A stretch of DNA of 64,000 bases, taken from NCBI GenBank assembly GCA_965279525.1, contig CBDIIB010000004.1, positions 32,001 to 96,000 of the forward strand. Reading direction: 5' to 3'. The stretch is from Tagaea sp. GTDB lineage: Bacteria; Pseudomonadota; Alphaproteobacteria; CACIAM-22H2. Below the pieces are notes generated by a model. It saw only the letters and a program-made list of their open reading frames with translations. It ran no database searches and was not told where the DNA came from. Shown here piece by piece: positions 1-9,886 of the stretch (the first letter of the stretch is position 1; every line of letters begins with the position of its first letter). The position numbers and the translations under genes were made by a program.

Positions 1-561
1 GTCGACGGTGCTGGAATAGAGACCGCCGCCAAGACGCGTCAGCGCCTGTTCGTCGGGGAACGAGACGAGGCGGATGCGGCCCACGCGGTTGTTGCCGCCG
101 TAGATCTCGCCCTGCTTGGTGACCTCGATGTCGGTCTCGTTGGGGTTGAGGCGCAGCGGCTGGTTGTTCTGGTCGAGGAGGGCGAAGCCCTCGGCGTTGA
201 CGAGCGTGCCGTTGGCGTCGAGGCGGAAGTTGCCGTCGCGGGTGAAGCGCTGGCCGACCGGCGTGTCGACGACGAAATAGGCGTTGCCGTTGACCATCAT
301 GTCGAGCGGGGCTTCGGTCTTGACCGCCTGGCCCGGCCGCGTGTCGCGGTAGGTGCCGATGCCCTCGACGAAGGCAAGCTTGCTGGCGCCGTCGCCGCCG
401 ATGCCGGGGTTGCCCGCCTTGTTCGTCAGGTACGACGCAAAGAGCAGGCGCTCGGAACGGAAGCCCGTCGTGTTCTGGTTCGCCAGGTTGTTGGCGACCG
501 TTTCCATCTGGCGGCGCAGCGCGTGCTGGTGCGAGATCGCAAGGTATGAAGGGTTTTCCAT
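1..561 (-). CDS. flgF: Flagellar basal-body rod protein FlgF (3' end runs off window)
   Basis: Hand translation MENPSYLAISHQHALRRQMETVANNLANQNTTGFRS...RFTRDGNFRLDANGTLV: the ANNLAN rod motif and TRDGNF; not in ORF track because it is truncated. Confidence 0.9.
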   Translation of the reverse strand, partial: MENPSYLAISHQHALRRQMETVANNLANQNTTGFRSERLLFASYLTNKAGNPGIGGDGASKLAFVEGIGTYRDTRPGQAVKTEAPLDMMVNGNAYFVVDTPVGQRFTRDGNFRLDANGTLVNAEGFALLDQNNQPLRLNPNETDIEVTKQGEIYGGNNRVGRIRLVSFPDEQALTRLGGGLYSSTVD

Positions 562-619
562 CGTCTTGGTTCCGCTTGGTCCGTTGTCGATCGCCCTCTG
601 ATGGGGCACGCCTTCCCTA

Positions 620-714
620 AGCAGCCGATGTGCCACTTGGAAAACTTATGAAAATCAACATCTTGAGCGTGGGCGGCCACCCCGGAAAATGTCCGCCCGG
701 CAATTCCTGCCGGG
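620..714 (-). promoter_or_regulatory. Sigma54 promoter with IHF site and ftr-like dyad upstream of flgF
   Basis: Minus strand TGGCAC-N5-CTGCT at 620-635; AATCAACATCTTG (IHF consensus WATCAANNNNTTR) at 653-665; dyad CCCGGCAattccTGCCGGG at 696-714. Confidence 0.7.
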
Positions 715-781
715 GCGAAGCTGCCGTTTCAGCCCGGTGCGGAAGACGTTAAAGTCGGGCCAGATATTGGGGGTAAGACCG

Positions 782-1288
782 ATGGATCGGGACGTTCTGG
801 TACGACAGCTCGACGACGCCTTCGCCAACCGCGCACTCTTATACTGGGAGATCTACAACGCCTTCGCCGCCGAGGTCGGTCCGGACCGGGCCGCCGACAT
901 CCTTGGCAAGGCGATCGAGCGCCGCGGCGAAGCGGCCGGCAAGGCGCTCTTCGGGCGTATCGAAAACCCCACCCCGACGAAGGTCGCGGACGCTTTCCTC
1001 GCCGTCAGCCCCGACAATGGCCGCCTCTTTCCCCACACCCGGACGAATGCGCCGGACGGCAGCGTCCATGTCGCGGTGTCGCGCTGTCCGCTCCAGGACG
1101 CCTGGCGCAAGGCCGGCCTCGACGACGGCCAGCAGGCGCTGATGTGCCGGATCGCCGGACGCTTCGACAATGGCTGTTTCGGGGCCGCCGGGATCGGTTT
1201 CAGCGCCGAAACATGGGTTCCGGGCAAGGACGGCTGCTGCCGGTTGCACCTTCTGCCGGCCGAAACGGACGCCAAATCCGGCCGTTGA
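782..1288 (+). CDS. L-2-amino-thiazoline-4-carboxylic acid hydrolase-like protein
   Basis: MDRDVLVRQLDDAFANRA...RCPLQDAW...MCRIAGRFD...CC pattern; start moved to ATG 782. Confidence 0.65.
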   Translation: MDRDVLVRQLDDAFANRALLYWEIYNAFAAEVGPDRAADILGKAIERRGEAAGKALFGRIENPTPTKVADAFLAVSPDNGRLFPHTRTNAPDGSVHVAVSRCPLQDAWRKAGLDDGQQALMCRIAGRFDNGCFGAAGIGFSAETWVPGKDGCCRLHLLPAETDAKSGR

Positions 1289-1372
1289 ATCGCGCCGGGC
1301 GCTCGGGCATAGTCCGCGCCCGTCCGGACCGGCCCCTTCCCCGGGGGCCAAATCCAAGGCCCGGCGACCTGA

Positions 1373-1449
1373 CGGAGCGTAGCGCAGCCCGGTAGCGCAT
1401 CAGTCTGGGGGACTGGGGGTCGCAGGTTCGAATCCTGTCGCTCCGACCA
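1373..1449 (+). tRNA. tRNA-Pro(GGG), intact, 77 nt with encoded CCA
   Basis: CGGAGCG acceptor stem, anticodon loop CT-GGG-GG, GGTTCGAATCC T-loop, CGCTCCGACCA end. Confidence 0.97.
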
Positions 1450-1466
1450 AATCGACTAAATAAAAC

Positions 1467-1497
1467 AGGGCCCTGGCGAGAGATCGCCAGGGCCTTT
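1467..1497 (+). terminator. Hairpin terminator after tRNA-Pro (type A)
   Basis: AGGGCCCTGGCGA-gaga-TCGCCAGGGCCTTT. Confidence 0.75.
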
Positions 1498-1726
1498 CTC
1501 ATGCGAGACTATGTGCGGCAGGCGGGAGCGGGATGGGGTGCGTCGATTTGAATTGAACCCGCTTTCACCACGTTGCACGACCAAGCGTTTCAGGAAAGTC
1601 GTACGAGTCATTTGAGGCGGCTTTGTCGGACGGCGTGGCGAGAACGAGTTTGAGGTGGCGGGCTGCTCGCTTGATGCCGGTTTCGATGGCGATGCGCGCG
1701 GCCGCTCCATCGCGCGCCTATACGTG

Positions 1727-1897
1727 TCACAGAGGTGCCTCGCGGACAGGCGTGACGCTTACTCCGAGTTCGTCGGCAAGTTGGCGAAGGCGCAGTGTCT
1801 GTCGAGGCGGAAACCGTCAGGCCATCAGGGCTTTGCGGATGATCCGATAAATCTGCGCGCAGAGAATCTCCTTTCGGTAGGGATCAAGTTCGTTCAA
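1727..1897 (-). pseudogene. GntR-family regulator remnant (HTH only, internal stop)
   Basis: LNELDPYRKEILCAQIYRIIRKALMA*RFPPRQTLRLRQLADELGVSVTPVREAPL*. Confidence 0.8.
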
Positions 1898-2018
1898 GAC
1901 TGCCGATGAGTTCGGGACGTGGCATGCGTCCGAGCGCAACATTTGCACCCGGAGCGAAAACTTTATGCCATCGGATGTGACCATGAGGATCCGGCTCTCC
2001 AGGCACCCGATTGCCTGA

Positions 2019-2687
2019 TCAGGCGCCAGAGCGTGAATTGAAGATGCCGATCGCGCGACGCGAACGCTCGGCGATGTCTTTCCAGTTTGCCGCTTCGATG
2101 ACGTCGCGCGGTGCGAGCCACGCGCCCCCGGCCGCGAAGCAGTTTTCGAGTGCAAGATAGGTGAGGAAGTTGGCGTCACCGATCCCCCCTGTCGGGCAGA
2201 AGCGGATGTCGGGATAGAGCGGCAGCACGTGCTTCAGCGCCGCGATACCGCCGAACAGATCGGCCGGGAAAAACTTGAGCTCATGAAAGCCATGCTCGCG
2301 CGCGATCAGCATCTCCGACGGCGTGACGGCGCCGGGTATGTACGGCAACCGGATCCCGGCAGCCGCAGCGGCGAGGCGGTCGGTCAGCGCGGGACTTACC
2401 GCGAACTGTGCGCCGGCGTCGCGCGCCTGTGCCAACTGTTCGGGCTTCGTGACGGTGCCCACGCCGACGACAGCTTCGGGGAACGCCTTGCGCATCCGCT
2501 GGATCACCGCCAGCGCGCTGGCACTGCGCAGCGTCACTTCCAAGGCGACCAGTCCACCGCCGACCAGTGCTTCGGCCAACGGTTCGGCATGGTCGGCATT
2601 CTCGACATGCAGGACCGGAATGAGCGGCGGGCGCTTTCCGATCAGGGTGGCGAGCGACGGGCGATCGGTGGTCGAAGCTTCAGTCAT
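2019..2687 (-). CDS. eda: KDPG/KHG aldolase
   Basis: EVTLRS, GVGTV, FAVSP, PGAVTPSE, LKFFPA, FCPTGGI motifs; start at MTEAST. Confidence 0.93.
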   Translation of the reverse strand: MTEASTTDRPSLATLIGKRPPLIPVLHVENADHAEPLAEALVGGGLVALEVTLRSASALAVIQRMRKAFPEAVVGVGTVTKPEQLAQARDAGAQFAVSPALTDRLAAAAAGIRLPYIPGAVTPSEMLIAREHGFHELKFFPADLFGGIAALKHVLPLYPDIRFCPTGGIGDANFLTYLALENCFAAGGAWLAPRDVIEAANWKDIAERSRRAIGIFNSRSGA

Positions 2688-3041
2688 GGAAGTCTCTCTT
2701 TCGGGGAAACTCTGCGGTTTGGCGGGTCGGCCGAGGCGACTGATAGGCCTGTGCCGGAGGGCTACGCATCTTGTCAACCGTCTCCGGTCGCGCCGCAAGG
2801 GCGTAGGCCCGCACAGAATCAGACCAGGGTCGTCGAGGATAAGGTCGCCGATCGCCTGCATAGCGGCAGGCATGCCGCCGGCGAGGCTGGGGGGGGCAAT
2901 ACCTGAGCCGTCGCAGTCCCCGAAGCGCCGTTTGGCGGCACCAAGCATAGCGGCTATGGTCGCGAGGGCGGGGCTTCGGTAATCTACGAATATCTAACAC
3001 CAAGTTCGTCCACACGCGCCTGACGGCCTGACGGCGGGAAC

Positions 3042-4775
3042 ATGAGCAAGAAAATCGAACTGTCGGACCTGCGCAGCCAGCGCTGGTTCGGGGCCGCGGG
3101 CCAGCCCGGCAACCACAAGTCCTATCGCACGAAGCAGATGGGCTTCACGAGCGAGGATTTCCAGAAGAAGCCGGTGATCGGTATCCTCAGCACGTGGTCC
3201 GATCTCAACAGCTGCCATACCCATTTCCCGCAGCGTATCGAGGAAATCAAGCGAGGCGTCTGGCAAGCCGGCGGCTTCCCGGTCGTGATGCCCACACTCA
3301 GCGTCGGCGAGACGTTCGTGCGTCCCAGTACGCTGATCTACCGCAACCTGCTGGCGATCGACGCCGAAGAGATCCTGCGCTCTCACCCGATCGATGGTGT
3401 CGTGCTTCTCGGCGGCTGCGACAAGACGACGCCGGGGCTGGTCATGGGAGCCGCGTCGATGAACATCCCGGCGATCTTCGTGCCGGCCGGCGCCATGCTG
3501 CGCGGCAACTGGCGTGGCCAGACTCTTGGCAGCGGTTCGAGCACCTGGAAAGCGCTTGCCGATTTCCGTGCCGGCAAGATCGACGAGCAGACCTGGCGCA
3601 GCTTCGGCGAGGGGACGTCACGCTCGCCGGGTACCTGCAATGTGATGGGAACCGCCTCGACGATGACGAGCCTCGTCGATGTGTTGGGTTTGACTCTTCC
3701 GGGCGCAAGCTCGATCCCGGCGGTCGATTCCCGGCATTCGCAGATGGCCTCCCTGTCGGGCCGGCGTATCGTCGACATGGTGTGGGAGGACTTGCGCCCA
3801 AAGGCTTTCATCACGGCGAATAGCTTCCGAAACGCCGTCATTGCCGACATGGCGCTGTCGGGGTCGACGAATTCCCTGATCCATCTCGTCGCGATGGCCC
3901 GCCGGCTCGGGCTGGAACTGTCGCTCGATGATTTTGCATCAGCCAGCGAGACTGTTCCGGTCATCTGCAATCTGCAACCCAGCGGCAAGTATCTGATGGA
4001 AGATTTCTATTACGCGGGCGGGCTGCCTGTGCTGCTGTCGCGCCTAAAGGACCATCTCGACCTCTCGTGCATGACCGCGAATGGCCATTCATTGGGCAGC
4101 AATATTGCCGACGCGCAGGTCTACGACGACGATGTCATCCGGCCGGTCGCGGATCCCGTCTATGCCAGCGGGGGGCTTGTCGTGCTGCGCGGGAACCTTG
4201 CGCCTCGTGGTGCGGTTCTGAAGCGCGCGGCGGCCGATCCCAAGCTGCTGCAGCACACCGGCCCGGCGGTCGTGTTCAAGAATTTCAAGGACATGCTTGC
4301 CCGCGTCGATGATCCGGACCTGCAGGTGACAGCCGACAGCGTGCTCGTTTTGCAGGATGGCGGCCCGGTCGGCGGTCCCGGCATGCCGGAATGGGGAATG
4401 CTGCCGATCCCGAAAAAACTGCTGGAGCAAGGCGTGCGCGACATGGTGCGCATCTCCGACGCGCGCATGAGCGGCACGAGCTACGGCACTTGCGTGTTGC
4501 ATGTTTGCCCCGAAAGCCGCGTGGGCGGGCTGCTCGGGTTGGTGCGCGATGGAGATCCGATCCGGCTGGATACGAAGGCGCGCACGCTCGACCTGCTGGT
4601 CGACGTGGCGGAGATCGAGGCCCGTCGCAAGGTCTGGGTCGCTCCGCCGCCGCACTACGAGCGTGGGTACGGTGCACTATTCTCCGAGCACGTGCTGCAG
4701 GCCGATGAAGGCTGCGACCTCGATTTCCTCGCGCGGCCCGGCGACATCCCGGATCCCGAGGCACGCTTCTCCTGA
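3042..4775 (+). CDS. IlvD/Edd-family dehydratase (L-arabinonate/pentonate dehydratase-like)
   Basis: NSCH, GGCDKTTPG, GTCNVMGTAST, ISDARMSGT motifs. Confidence 0.92.
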   Translation: MSKKIELSDLRSQRWFGAAGQPGNHKSYRTKQMGFTSEDFQKKPVIGILSTWSDLNSCHTHFPQRIEEIKRGVWQAGGFPVVMPTLSVGETFVRPSTLIYRNLLAIDAEEILRSHPIDGVVLLGGCDKTTPGLVMGAASMNIPAIFVPAGAMLRGNWRGQTLGSGSSTWKALADFRAGKIDEQTWRSFGEGTSRSPGTCNVMGTASTMTSLVDVLGLTLPGASSIPAVDSRHSQMASLSGRRIVDMVWEDLRPKAFITANSFRNAVIADMALSGSTNSLIHLVAMARRLGLELSLDDFASASETVPVICNLQPSGKYLMEDFYYAGGLPVLLSRLKDHLDLSCMTANGHSLGSNIADAQVYDDDVIRPVADPVYASGGLVVLRGNLAPRGAVLKRAAADPKLLQHTGPAVVFKNFKDMLARVDDPDLQVTADSVLVLQDGGPVGGPGMPEWGMLPIPKKLLEQGVRDMVRISDARMSGTSYGTCVLHVCPESRVGGLLGLVRDGDPIRLDTKARTLDLLVDVAEIEARRKVWVAPPPHYERGYGALFSEHVLQADEGCDLDFLARPGDIPDPEARFS

Positions 4776-4791
4776 CCACGCGGCCGAAACG

Positions 4792-5970
4792 TCATACGCG
4801 ATGGACGTCGACCCACTTGCCGAGCTTTGTCGAGGCCAGGCACGCTTCGACGAATGCGAGGCCGTCGGCGCCCTCTTCGGCCATCGGTACGCTCGAAAAA
4901 AGCGGATCGGGCGCCATGTTGAGCCGGCGCGCGGCAACGAGTTCGGCGAAGTCCCGATAGAGATTCGCGAACGCCTCGAAGAATGCTTCCGGATGGCCGG
5001 CGGGAATGCGCGCGGCGGCGCGGGCGAGGGGATGCAGCGTGGGAAGGCCGCGCGTGCGGATCTCGGCCGGGCAGGCATTTCGCATGAAGCGCAATTCATT
5101 TGCCGTGGCCTGCTTCCAGGAAATGCCTCCGGCCTCGCCGTAAGCCTCGATCGACAGCGCGTTCTCGGCACCCGTTGCCGCTTTTGTGACGAACAGGGCA
5201 CCTCGCGCCCCGCCTTCGAGGCGGACGATCACCGATGCCGTGTCGTGTGCGGTACGGCCCGGAATGACCGCCCCGACGTCGGCAAGTACCGCCTCGATCC
5301 GCCGGCCAGTGACATAGCCGACAAGCTGATGCACGTGCGTGCCGATATCGCCGAGTACATGGCTGAGGCCGCCGCGCAGGGGATCGAGCCGCCATCGCAG
5401 CCGGTCGGGGATCTGTTCCGGATGGTCCTCGACGCGCGTGCCGAGCGAGCCCTGCAAATAGGACGCATGGACCACACGCAACTGGCCGATTTCGCCGGCA
5501 GCAATGGCGGCGCGCGCCTCGCGGACCATCGGATAGCCCGAATAGTTGTGCGTGACGCAGAGCAGGCGCTTGCGTGCCTTGGCGCGCGCGACGAGGTCGA
5601 GCGACGAGGCGAGATCGTTGGTCAGCGGCTTGTCACAGATCACGTCGAGTCCGGCATCGAGTGCGAGTGCGGCGTAGCCGTGATGGCTGTCATTCGGTGT
5701 CATGATGGCGACCGCGTCGATCCCGTCGGATCGTGCGGCTTCGCCGGCAACCATCGCCGCCACGCTTTCGTAGCCGCGCGGCAGGCCGAGGCGGGCGGCC
5801 TCCGAGAGCGCCTTATCTTTGTTCGATGACAGCGCGCCGGCGACGATGTCGAAGCATTCGTCGAGGCGTGCCGCGACGCGATGGACGGGACCGATCAACG
5901 CGCCGCTGCCGCCGCCGATGAGGCCGAGGCGCACGCGGCGGCCGAGTTTCGCAAGTGCGGGAGTCGACAT
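4792..5970 (-). CDS. Gfo/Idh/MocA family oxidoreductase
   Basis: GLIGGG, TPNDSH, CDKPL, DIGTH, GHPE motifs. Confidence 0.9.
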   Translation of the reverse strand: MSTPALAKLGRRVRLGLIGGGSGALIGPVHRVAARLDECFDIVAGALSSNKDKALSEAARLGLPRGYESVAAMVAGEAARSDGIDAVAIMTPNDSHHGYAALALDAGLDVICDKPLTNDLASSLDLVARAKARKRLLCVTHNYSGYPMVREARAAIAAGEIGQLRVVHASYLQGSLGTRVEDHPEQIPDRLRWRLDPLRGGLSHVLGDIGTHVHQLVGYVTGRRIEAVLADVGAVIPGRTAHDTASVIVRLEGGARGALFVTKAATGAENALSIEAYGEAGGISWKQATANELRFMRNACPAEIRTRGLPTLHPLARAAARIPAGHPEAFFEAFANLYRDFAELVAARRLNMAPDPLFSSVPMAEEGADGLAFVEACLASTKLGKWVDVHRV

Positions 5971-5981
5971 GTTCGGTTCTC

Positions 5982-6779
5982 TCAGCGCAGGCCGGCGTTC
6001 ACGAGAAGCATCTGTTTGGTGATCATCCGGCTGTCGTCGGCTGCAAGGAACAGTGCGGCATCGGCAACGTCCTGCTCGCGGACCATTTCAGGAATGCATT
6101 GCTGCGCGAGGATGCGGGCTGTCGATTCTGGCGTGTGCCAAAGCCGCATCTGCCGTTCGGTCATCACGGCACCCGGAGCAAGCGCGTTTACGCGGATGCG
6201 GTCGGGACCGAGCTGCCGGGCAAGAGAATTCGTCAACCCGACAATGCCGGCTTTCGCGGCGCTATAGGCTTGGAGGTCGGCGATGCCGCCGACCCATGCG
6301 CCGGAACTGACATTCACGATCGAGCCACCGCCGGCGGCGCGCATCTGCGGGGCGACGGACTGGGCGGCGAAGAAGTGGGGCCGCAGGTTGATGTCGATCG
6401 ACCGATCGAAGCTCTCGGGAGTCACCTCGGCAAAAGGCTGGCGTGAATCGTTTGCCGCGTTGTTGATCAGGATCGTCGCATTGCCGAGCCGCTTTCCGAT
6501 CGCGCCGATGGCCGCCTGGAACGCGGCGATGTCTGTCAGATCGCAATGCGTATAGGTCGGTGCCGTGTGTCCGGCGGCTGCAATTTCGTGCAGGAGCCTC
6601 TCAGCCGGCTCGTCCTGGATGTCCAAAAATGCGACGTGCGCGCCGTTCGCCGCGAACGCTCGTACGATCGCCTCGCCGATCCCCGATGCGCCGCCCGTGA
6701 CGATCGCGACACGACCTGCCAAGCTTGGATAGCGCGCGCCGCCGCCGCGCTTGTCATTTTGCTGATTCATCGGGTACAC
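5982..6779 (-). CDS. SDR oxidoreductase, resembles NAD-dependent D-xylose dehydrogenase type
   Basis: YPSL...TGGASGIG, NNAAND, YSAAK; start may be ATG at 6770. Confidence 0.85.
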   Translation of the reverse strand: MYPMNQQNDKRGGGARYPSLAGRVAIVTGGASGIGEAIVRAFAANGAHVAFLDIQDEPAERLLHEIAAAGHTAPTYTHCDLTDIAAFQAAIGAIGKRLGNATILINNAANDSRQPFAEVTPESFDRSIDINLRPHFFAAQSVAPQMRAAGGGSIVNVSSGAWVGGIADLQAYSAAKAGIVGLTNSLARQLGPDRIRVNALAPGAVMTERQMRLWHTPESTARILAQQCIPEMVREQDVADAALFLAADDSRMITKQMLLVNAGLR

Positions 6780-6971
6780 GGCTTAGTTTCCGCCAGCACT
6801 ATTGTCAACGGTCCGGCGATGCGGACGATATGCTGGCCGTCTTCCCGCCCTCGAATCATCCGAAGACCGGTCCGGAGACGAACGAGCTCATCCGGACTTC
6901 CCAGGCTCAGTCCGTGTAGGCAGCTTGGCAGCGTATTGACGGAATCCGGGAGAGGCAGCGGTAGGCGGGGT

Positions 6972-8075
6972 TCATGCGATCAAGACGCCCGTGGCCGGAT
7001 CGAAGAGGCAAACACGGCGCATATCGAGGGCAAACCGGCCACGGTCGCCGGGCTGCAGCCGTACGTCGGGCGACACGCGTGCGAGCGCACGCTCGCCGCC
7101 GAGGCGCGCGAGAACGATGGTCTCGGCGCCGGTCGGCTCAGTCATCTCGACGGGCAGTTCGAGGGTGACACGTTCTCCGCCGTGTCCGAACCGGCGATCT
7201 TCCTCCGCGATGCACTCGGGCCGCAGGCCGAGGACGACTTCGCGGCCGGCCTGTGCTGCAAATGCGGCGGGTAACGGCAGTGCAACGGCCGCCTCGCCTT
7301 GGCCGACCACTGCGCGCACTCCGTCCGAGGCGGTTTCGATGCGCGCCGGCAGCGTGTTCATCGGCGGCGCGCCCATGAAGCGCGCCACGAACAGGTTGGC
7401 CGGGCGGTTGTAGACCGTATCGGGGTCGGCGAATTGCTGGATCTCGCCCTGGTGCATCACTGCGATGCGCGTCGCCATCGTCATCGCCTCGATCTGGTCG
7501 TGGGTGACGTAGACATTGGTGGAGCGGATGCGCTGGTGGAGCTGCTTGATCTCCATGCGCATCTCGACGCGAAGCTTGGCGTCGAGGTTCGAGAGCGGCT
7601 CATCGAACAGGAACAGAAGCGGGTCGCGCACCAGCGCGCGACCCATCGCGACGCGCTGGCGCTGGCCGCCGGAGAGTTGCGAGGGCTTGCGGTCGAGCAG
7701 TTTCTCGATCTGGAGGAGGGCGGCGACCCGCGTCACGGCGGCTTCGCGCTCGCCCTTCGGCACGTTCCTGCACTCGAGGCCGAACGTGATGTTCTGGCGC
7801 ACAGTCATCGACGGATAGAGGGCGTAGGTCTGGAACACCATCGCGATGTTCCGGTCCTTGGGCGCAATGTCATTGACGATCCGGCCGCCGATCTCGACCG
7901 TACCGCCCGTCGCGGGTTCCAGACCGGCGATGATGTTCAGCAATGTCGACTTGCCGCAGCCCGATGGCCCGACCAGTACGGTGAACTCGCCGTTCTCGAT
8001 TTCCATGTCGATACCCTTGAGCACGGACATCGCCCCGAAGGACTTGGTTACACCGCTGAGACTGAGGGCCGACAT
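6972..8075 (-). CDS. Sugar ABC transporter ATP-binding protein (MalK/UgpC type)
   Basis: GPSGCGKST, LSGGQRQR, DEPLSNLDAKLR. Confidence 0.95.
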   Translation of the reverse strand: MSALSLSGVTKSFGAMSVLKGIDMEIENGEFTVLVGPSGCGKSTLLNIIAGLEPATGGTVEIGGRIVNDIAPKDRNIAMVFQTYALYPSMTVRQNITFGLECRNVPKGEREAAVTRVAALLQIEKLLDRKPSQLSGGQRQRVAMGRALVRDPLLFLFDEPLSNLDAKLRVEMRMEIKQLHQRIRSTNVYVTHDQIEAMTMATRIAVMHQGEIQQFADPDTVYNRPANLFVARFMGAPPMNTLPARIETASDGVRAVVGQGEAAVALPLPAAFAAQAGREVVLGLRPECIAEEDRRFGHGGERVTLELPVEMTEPTGAETIVLARLGGERALARVSPDVRLQPGDRGRFALDMRRVCLFDPATGVLIA

Positions 8076-8085
8076 TGAGATACTC

Positions 8086-8958
8086 CTACTTCACCGCGCC
8101 GGCCGTCAGCCCGCGCAGGAAGTATTTTCCGCCGAAAAGATAGACGAGCAACGTCGGCAATGCCGCGAGGACGACGGCCGCACTCTGCACGCCGTATTGG
8201 GGAACGTCGGCGATGGCCGCGTTGAGCCCGATTAGCGCCGCCGTCACCGGCTGCTGGCTGCCGTTCGTGAAGGTCACGCCGTAGAGAAACTCGTTCCAGA
8301 TATGGGTGAACTGCCAGATCACCGTCACGATCAGGATCGGCGGCGACAGCGGCAGCACAATCCTGAAGAAGGTACGGAAGAAGCCTGCGCCGTCGATGCG
8401 GGCGGCCTTCATCAGGTCCTGCGGAATGGAGACGTAGTAGTTGCGGCAGAACAGCGTGGTGAAGCTCATACCCTGAATTGTGTGGATCAGGACGAGTCCC
8501 GTTAGCGTGTTGATGAGGCCGATGTCGCGCAGGACGAAGGTCCAGGGAATCAGTCGTACCTGCTGCGGCAGGAAAATCCCGAGCGTGACCAATCCGAAGA
8601 TCCATGTGTCGCCGCGGAAGCGCCACAGCGAAATCGCATAGCCGGCGACCGCTCCCAGCAGAGTCGAGACGATGGTGGCGGGTATCGTCACCGCGGCCGA
8701 GTTCCACATGAAGGGCTGCAGCCCGGTGCAGGTCTGCGCGACGCAGAATTCCGACCACGCTTCGGCGTAGTTGGGGAAGGCCCAGCTTTCAGGCCATCCG
8801 ATCATCGAGCCTTGGGCGATCTCCTGCGCCGTGCGTAGCGAGTTGAGTACAACGACGAGGAAAGGCACGAGGAAGGCCAGGCCAAGGGCCCAGACCACCA
8901 CATGCGCCAGCAGCCGCCCCCAGGCGGGCATCGTGTCGGGCGTGGTCCGCTCAAGCAT
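8086..8958 (-). CDS. Carbohydrate ABC transporter permease
   Basis: TM segments, EAA-like KAARIDGAG; start MLERTT overlaps upstream stop. Confidence 0.92.
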   Translation of the reverse strand: MLERTTPDTMPAWGRLLAHVVVWALGLAFLVPFLVVVLNSLRTAQEIAQGSMIGWPESWAFPNYAEAWSEFCVAQTCTGLQPFMWNSAAVTIPATIVSTLLGAVAGYAISLWRFRGDTWIFGLVTLGIFLPQQVRLIPWTFVLRDIGLINTLTGLVLIHTIQGMSFTTLFCRNYYVSIPQDLMKAARIDGAGFFRTFFRIVLPLSPPILIVTVIWQFTHIWNEFLYGVTFTNGSQQPVTAALIGLNAAIADVPQYGVQSAAVVLAALPTLLVYLFGGKYFLRGLTAGAVK

Positions 8959-9886
8959 CGGCCGCGCGCCTCCGCCGTGCATACTTGAACAGCGCGTGCG
9001 GCACGAGCACGCCGAGCAGGGTCAGGAGCATCAGGACGGCGGCGGCCGCACCGCGCCCGATCTGGCCGCGCTGGAACATGAAGTCGTAGACGACGAGCGC
9101 GGGCAACTGGGTCGCGATGCCGGGGCCTCCGCCGGTCAGCGCGCGCACGAGGTCGAATGTCGTGATCGCCATCTGCAGCAGGATCACCAGCACGGCGACC
9201 ATGATCGGCCACAGCGTCGGCAGTATCACCCGCGTGTACATGCGCACCGGACCCGCGCCGTCGATCTGCGCCGCCTTGATCAGGTCGGGCTCCACCGAGC
9301 GCAGGCCCGCCAGCAGCAGTGCCATCGCGAAGCCGGCGGCCTGCCAGACGCCCGCGAGCACGATCGTCCAGATCGCCATCTCGCGATCCACGATCCAGTC
9401 GAACCGGAACCCGGCCCAACCGAGGTCGACGACCAGCTTCTGGATGCCCATGCCCGGATTGAGCAACCAGGACCACACGACGCCGGTGACCACGAACGAG
9501 ACCGCCATCGGATAGAGGAAGATCGAGCGCAGGACGTTCTCGCCGCGGATCCGCTGGTCGATCAGGATCGCGAGCAGCAATCCGGTCAGCATCGTGAACG
9601 CCACGAAGCCGCCGCCGAAGATGAACAGGTTGTCGAAGGCGATCTTCCAGTTCCGGGTCGCGAGAACGCTGGTGTAGTTGCGAAAGCCCACGAACTCGCT
9701 CACCGGCATCAGCGTCGAGGCTGTGAACGATATCCACACGGTCCATGCCGTGAAGACGACGATATGAGCGGCCGCGAGCAGCAGCGGTACCCATATCACC
9801 AGCAGTTCGGGCGCCCGCCGCAATGCCGCCGAAAGGGCGGATCGCGACGGGGGCCCGGCTGCAGAGGCGTGAACGTCGGCGGTCAA
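8951..9886 (-). CDS. Carbohydrate ABC transporter permease
   Basis: KAAQIDGAG loop; TTG start overlapping SBP stop (the 791-aa track ORF is an over-extension). Confidence 0.9.
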   Translation of the reverse strand: MTADVHASAAGPPSRSALSAALRRAPELLVIWVPLLLAAAHIVVFTAWTVWISFTASTLMPVSEFVGFRNYTSVLATRNWKIAFDNLFIFGGGFVAFTMLTGLLLAILIDQRIRGENVLRSIFLYPMAVSFVVTGVVWSWLLNPGMGIQKLVVDLGWAGFRFDWIVDREMAIWTIVLAGVWQAAGFAMALLLAGLRSVEPDLIKAAQIDGAGPVRMYTRVILPTLWPIMVAVLVILLQMAITTFDLVRALTGGGPGIATQLPALVVYDFMFQRGQIGRGAAAAVLMLLTLLGVLVPHALFKYARRRRAADA

